DNA from: Ginglymostoma cirratum
Taxonomy: Eukaryota
Assembly: GCA_024137785.1 (NCBI GenBank)
Contig: JAHRHZ010000222.1
Location: forward strand, 29,726,838-29,790,837
DNA: 64,000 nt
Direction of reading: 5' to 3'
Below, piece by piece: positions 61,471 to 64,000 of the stretch (positions are counted from its first letter, which is position 1; each line of letters begins with the position of its first letter). The translations under genes and the position numbers were made by a program. Under the pieces are notes generated by a model, which worked only from the letters and a program-made list of their open reading frames with translations, did not search any database and was not told where the DNA came from.

Positions 61471-64000
61471 TGCCAAATCTCTCTGCAAGTTTAATCAAGA
61501 AGAATTGCTGCTTGAGCAAGATATTGGAGGGTACCTGGTGGTTCTGGAATTATATTCCATCAAACCAGTAAAATCCAGAAAGGGGCTGGTGAGAAAACTA
61601 CCAGTCAACACAGAACTAGAATTGAAACTTAAGAATGTAGGGCACTAAGAACTGATGTGAAATCGGGTACTACTGGGTTCATGTTAAAGGTGAATTTTCT
61701 GCTAAACATATTTCATCACTAGTAATGAGTAAATTGCAACAGAAAAGATTTTATGTAGCTTTCGATCACATTATTAGAACTAGCTACATATGATGTAGAC
61801 TCAAATTCATTACGCTATTAGTGTTTGCAAAACAATATGGGAATTTTTAATCAACATCAGTTGCCATTAAAGCAAATAAACAGAAGCTTCAACTTGTCTT
61901 GAACTGGACTGAGGTGGTGGAAGACTTGCACAATTGAAACCTGGCATAAGGAGATGAGACACAGGCATGGGCTTGTGCTTAAACAGTCAGATATGTCAAA
62001 CTCAGATCATTTTTTTACCTCACCAGGTTTAAATTGTGCAAGCTTGCCACACAACCTCAGTCAACCTTAGGACAAAGTAGCATTGCTAAAGTATTGCAGG
62101 TCTCTTCCCTTCTATCGCTAATAAGCACCAGGAAAGGGAGAGAAATTCTTCTAGCGTGAGATCTTCTGTGACAATCCTGTTTCATTATCAAAACCCGGTG
62201 TGAGTTAAAAGCCTTTAAGGCATGTTAGTAACATTTATTCAGTTTATTTTATGAAAGTTAGTTTCTAGAAGGAAACAGAAAAACAAATTAGGCTGTACTT
62301 TCTATCATTAGATATGGTCCGTAGTTTTATTTTCCACACTTAGGACGAAAATGTTATGGGTTATGTAAAAATATGCTAACTCAATAATCATACTAATTTT
62401 TAACCATGACAATGGTATTCAGAATTTCTGTATCCTAGCAACCTAGTGATTAGTTTGTCAATCGTGAAAAGCAGAATTCTACTGAGTAAAATATTTGATT
62501 CCATGCTTGATTCAACAAAATGATTTAAACCATTAGTGGGAGTCGAGTCACTCCGTTTTGTTCTTCAAAATCAGTGAATTACTTTGTGCTGAGATAGGGC
62601 AAACAACTAAACCCTGCTCATACCAAGTCAGGGTATTCGGTACACTCTGCAAGGGAAGGACAGTGTGAATAATATTTGACAGAGATTAACAAATGATTTT
62701 TTAGTAAAGAAACTACTTACTGACACAATGGGAAAGGAGCATTCTGAGTATAAAGGAGAGTTGTTTCTCTTATGGGTTGTGAATATTTCTAAAGATGTGT
62801 TTACCATATTGAAGAGCATAACAGCTTTTGTTCAATTTATGAAACATAAAGGTGAATTTTATTTTGTGATGACATCAGAATTTCTGAAAAATCACTTATT
62901 ACTTACATTTTGCTTTGATTTGTAAATTAAAAATATGTAATTTATTTCTTGCAGGTTTTACATAATGAGGAAAATAAATGTGTAATTACTTGAACCAGGA
63001 AGTGGTCGCACAGTAATCAAAGGGTTATATTTTTGTGTATAAGTGACACCATATTTGGGCTCCACTGAAATCCATTACAAGGCTACAGTCATGTCTTTAG
63101 TGTTCACCAGATTGCTCTGCATTATAAGGCCTTCACCACAACTAAAGCATTTGCCAAAGCCTGCATTACATTTCTGTCTGTGTTGTTTTATTGTCTTATT
63201 GGCCACGCGTCCCACCATTATAAAGCTTTTACATGTAGATTTCCAGGCGGTTTCCAGGCTGTTTACTTTCAGAGATTTTTCCTGAAAATTTTGAGAGGTT
63301 TTATAGTAGTGCCTGCTCGGAACCACTTGACTACTTTGGCCTCAAATAGTGAACGCTTGGCATTATCACATTTGTAGCACAAAAAGTAATATGTCACTGT
63401 ATATCTTTTGCTAAATCAGAATTCATAAAGCTTTTACAAACCTCCTGTGATGGTGTAATTATTAATTACATATGTTTCATTCATAATTCTAAAGAAGAAG
63501 ACAAATGGCAGAAAAAAATTGAAGTGTGCAGTAATTTATTAGGCAATAAAATTGATGTATTCACCCAGCCTTCAAAATTCATCTGTTATGAAAAGTTTAG
63601 GGCCAAAGCCCAGCAAGGGGTTATGGGACATCCTCCCCTTGCGTACTGTATAATTTGAATAAACAAAAACAGAATTTGATTTTTGTGATGATACAGTGCC
63701 TTTTTGTTTTAAACTGAGGATAGGCAAATGGACACCATATTAATAATTCCTATTACAACAAAATAGATAATTCACACTTGGAAGTAAGATCACATTCAAT
63801 GTAAATGGGCATGGCTTGCCTCCAGATGTATAATGTGCAGATTCTTTAAGTTACCCTGAATAATTAGTGTCAACATTTTTAAAATATTCATAAAACCAAA
63901 GGTAATGCTGACTTTAGTGTCGAACCCCTCCTCCAACATGTGAGTAAAGCATCTCCGTTTCCTAGTCCCACACAGACTGTTTTATGGCCTCTGAAGGTAA

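Larger units (their letters stand above)
1835..64000 (+). other. TSHZ1: TSHZ1 intron 1 (continues beyond the window)
   Basis: GT donor at 1835. No ~3 kb zinc-finger/homeobox ORF and no AYVPEEE-like continuation in the ORF track. Confidence 0.8.

Overview
Vertebrate genomic DNA, most likely from a shark (inferred from HE1/V-SINE-like, Deu-domain SINE-like, CR1, L2-group and Penelope-like repeats). The window holds the CpG-rich promoter and the 40-nt first coding exon of teashirt zinc finger homeobox 1 (TSHZ1; MPRRKQQAPRRSA, 1795-1834, +). The rest is about 62 kb of intron 1; the large exon 2 is not in the window. The 5' third of the intron is repeat-poor and rich in PBX/HOX/MEIS/TCF/RFX motif clusters that look like conserved enhancers. 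Three short N-runs (156, 180, 180 nt) sit inside such blocks. The remainder carries decayed CR1 and L2-group LINEs, SINEs, Harbinger-like Myb/SANT remnants and several Penelope-like (GIY-YIG) insertions. The most striking structure is a set of minimal type I hammerhead ribozyme motifs (CUGANGA-N-stem II-GAAA-CG-UH) from at least three Penelope-related families. They include short, non-coding, palindromic mini-elements flanked by 12-15 bp target-site duplications, one with two back-to-back hammerheads on opposite strands. All family names come from motif recognition by eye; no database search was run.
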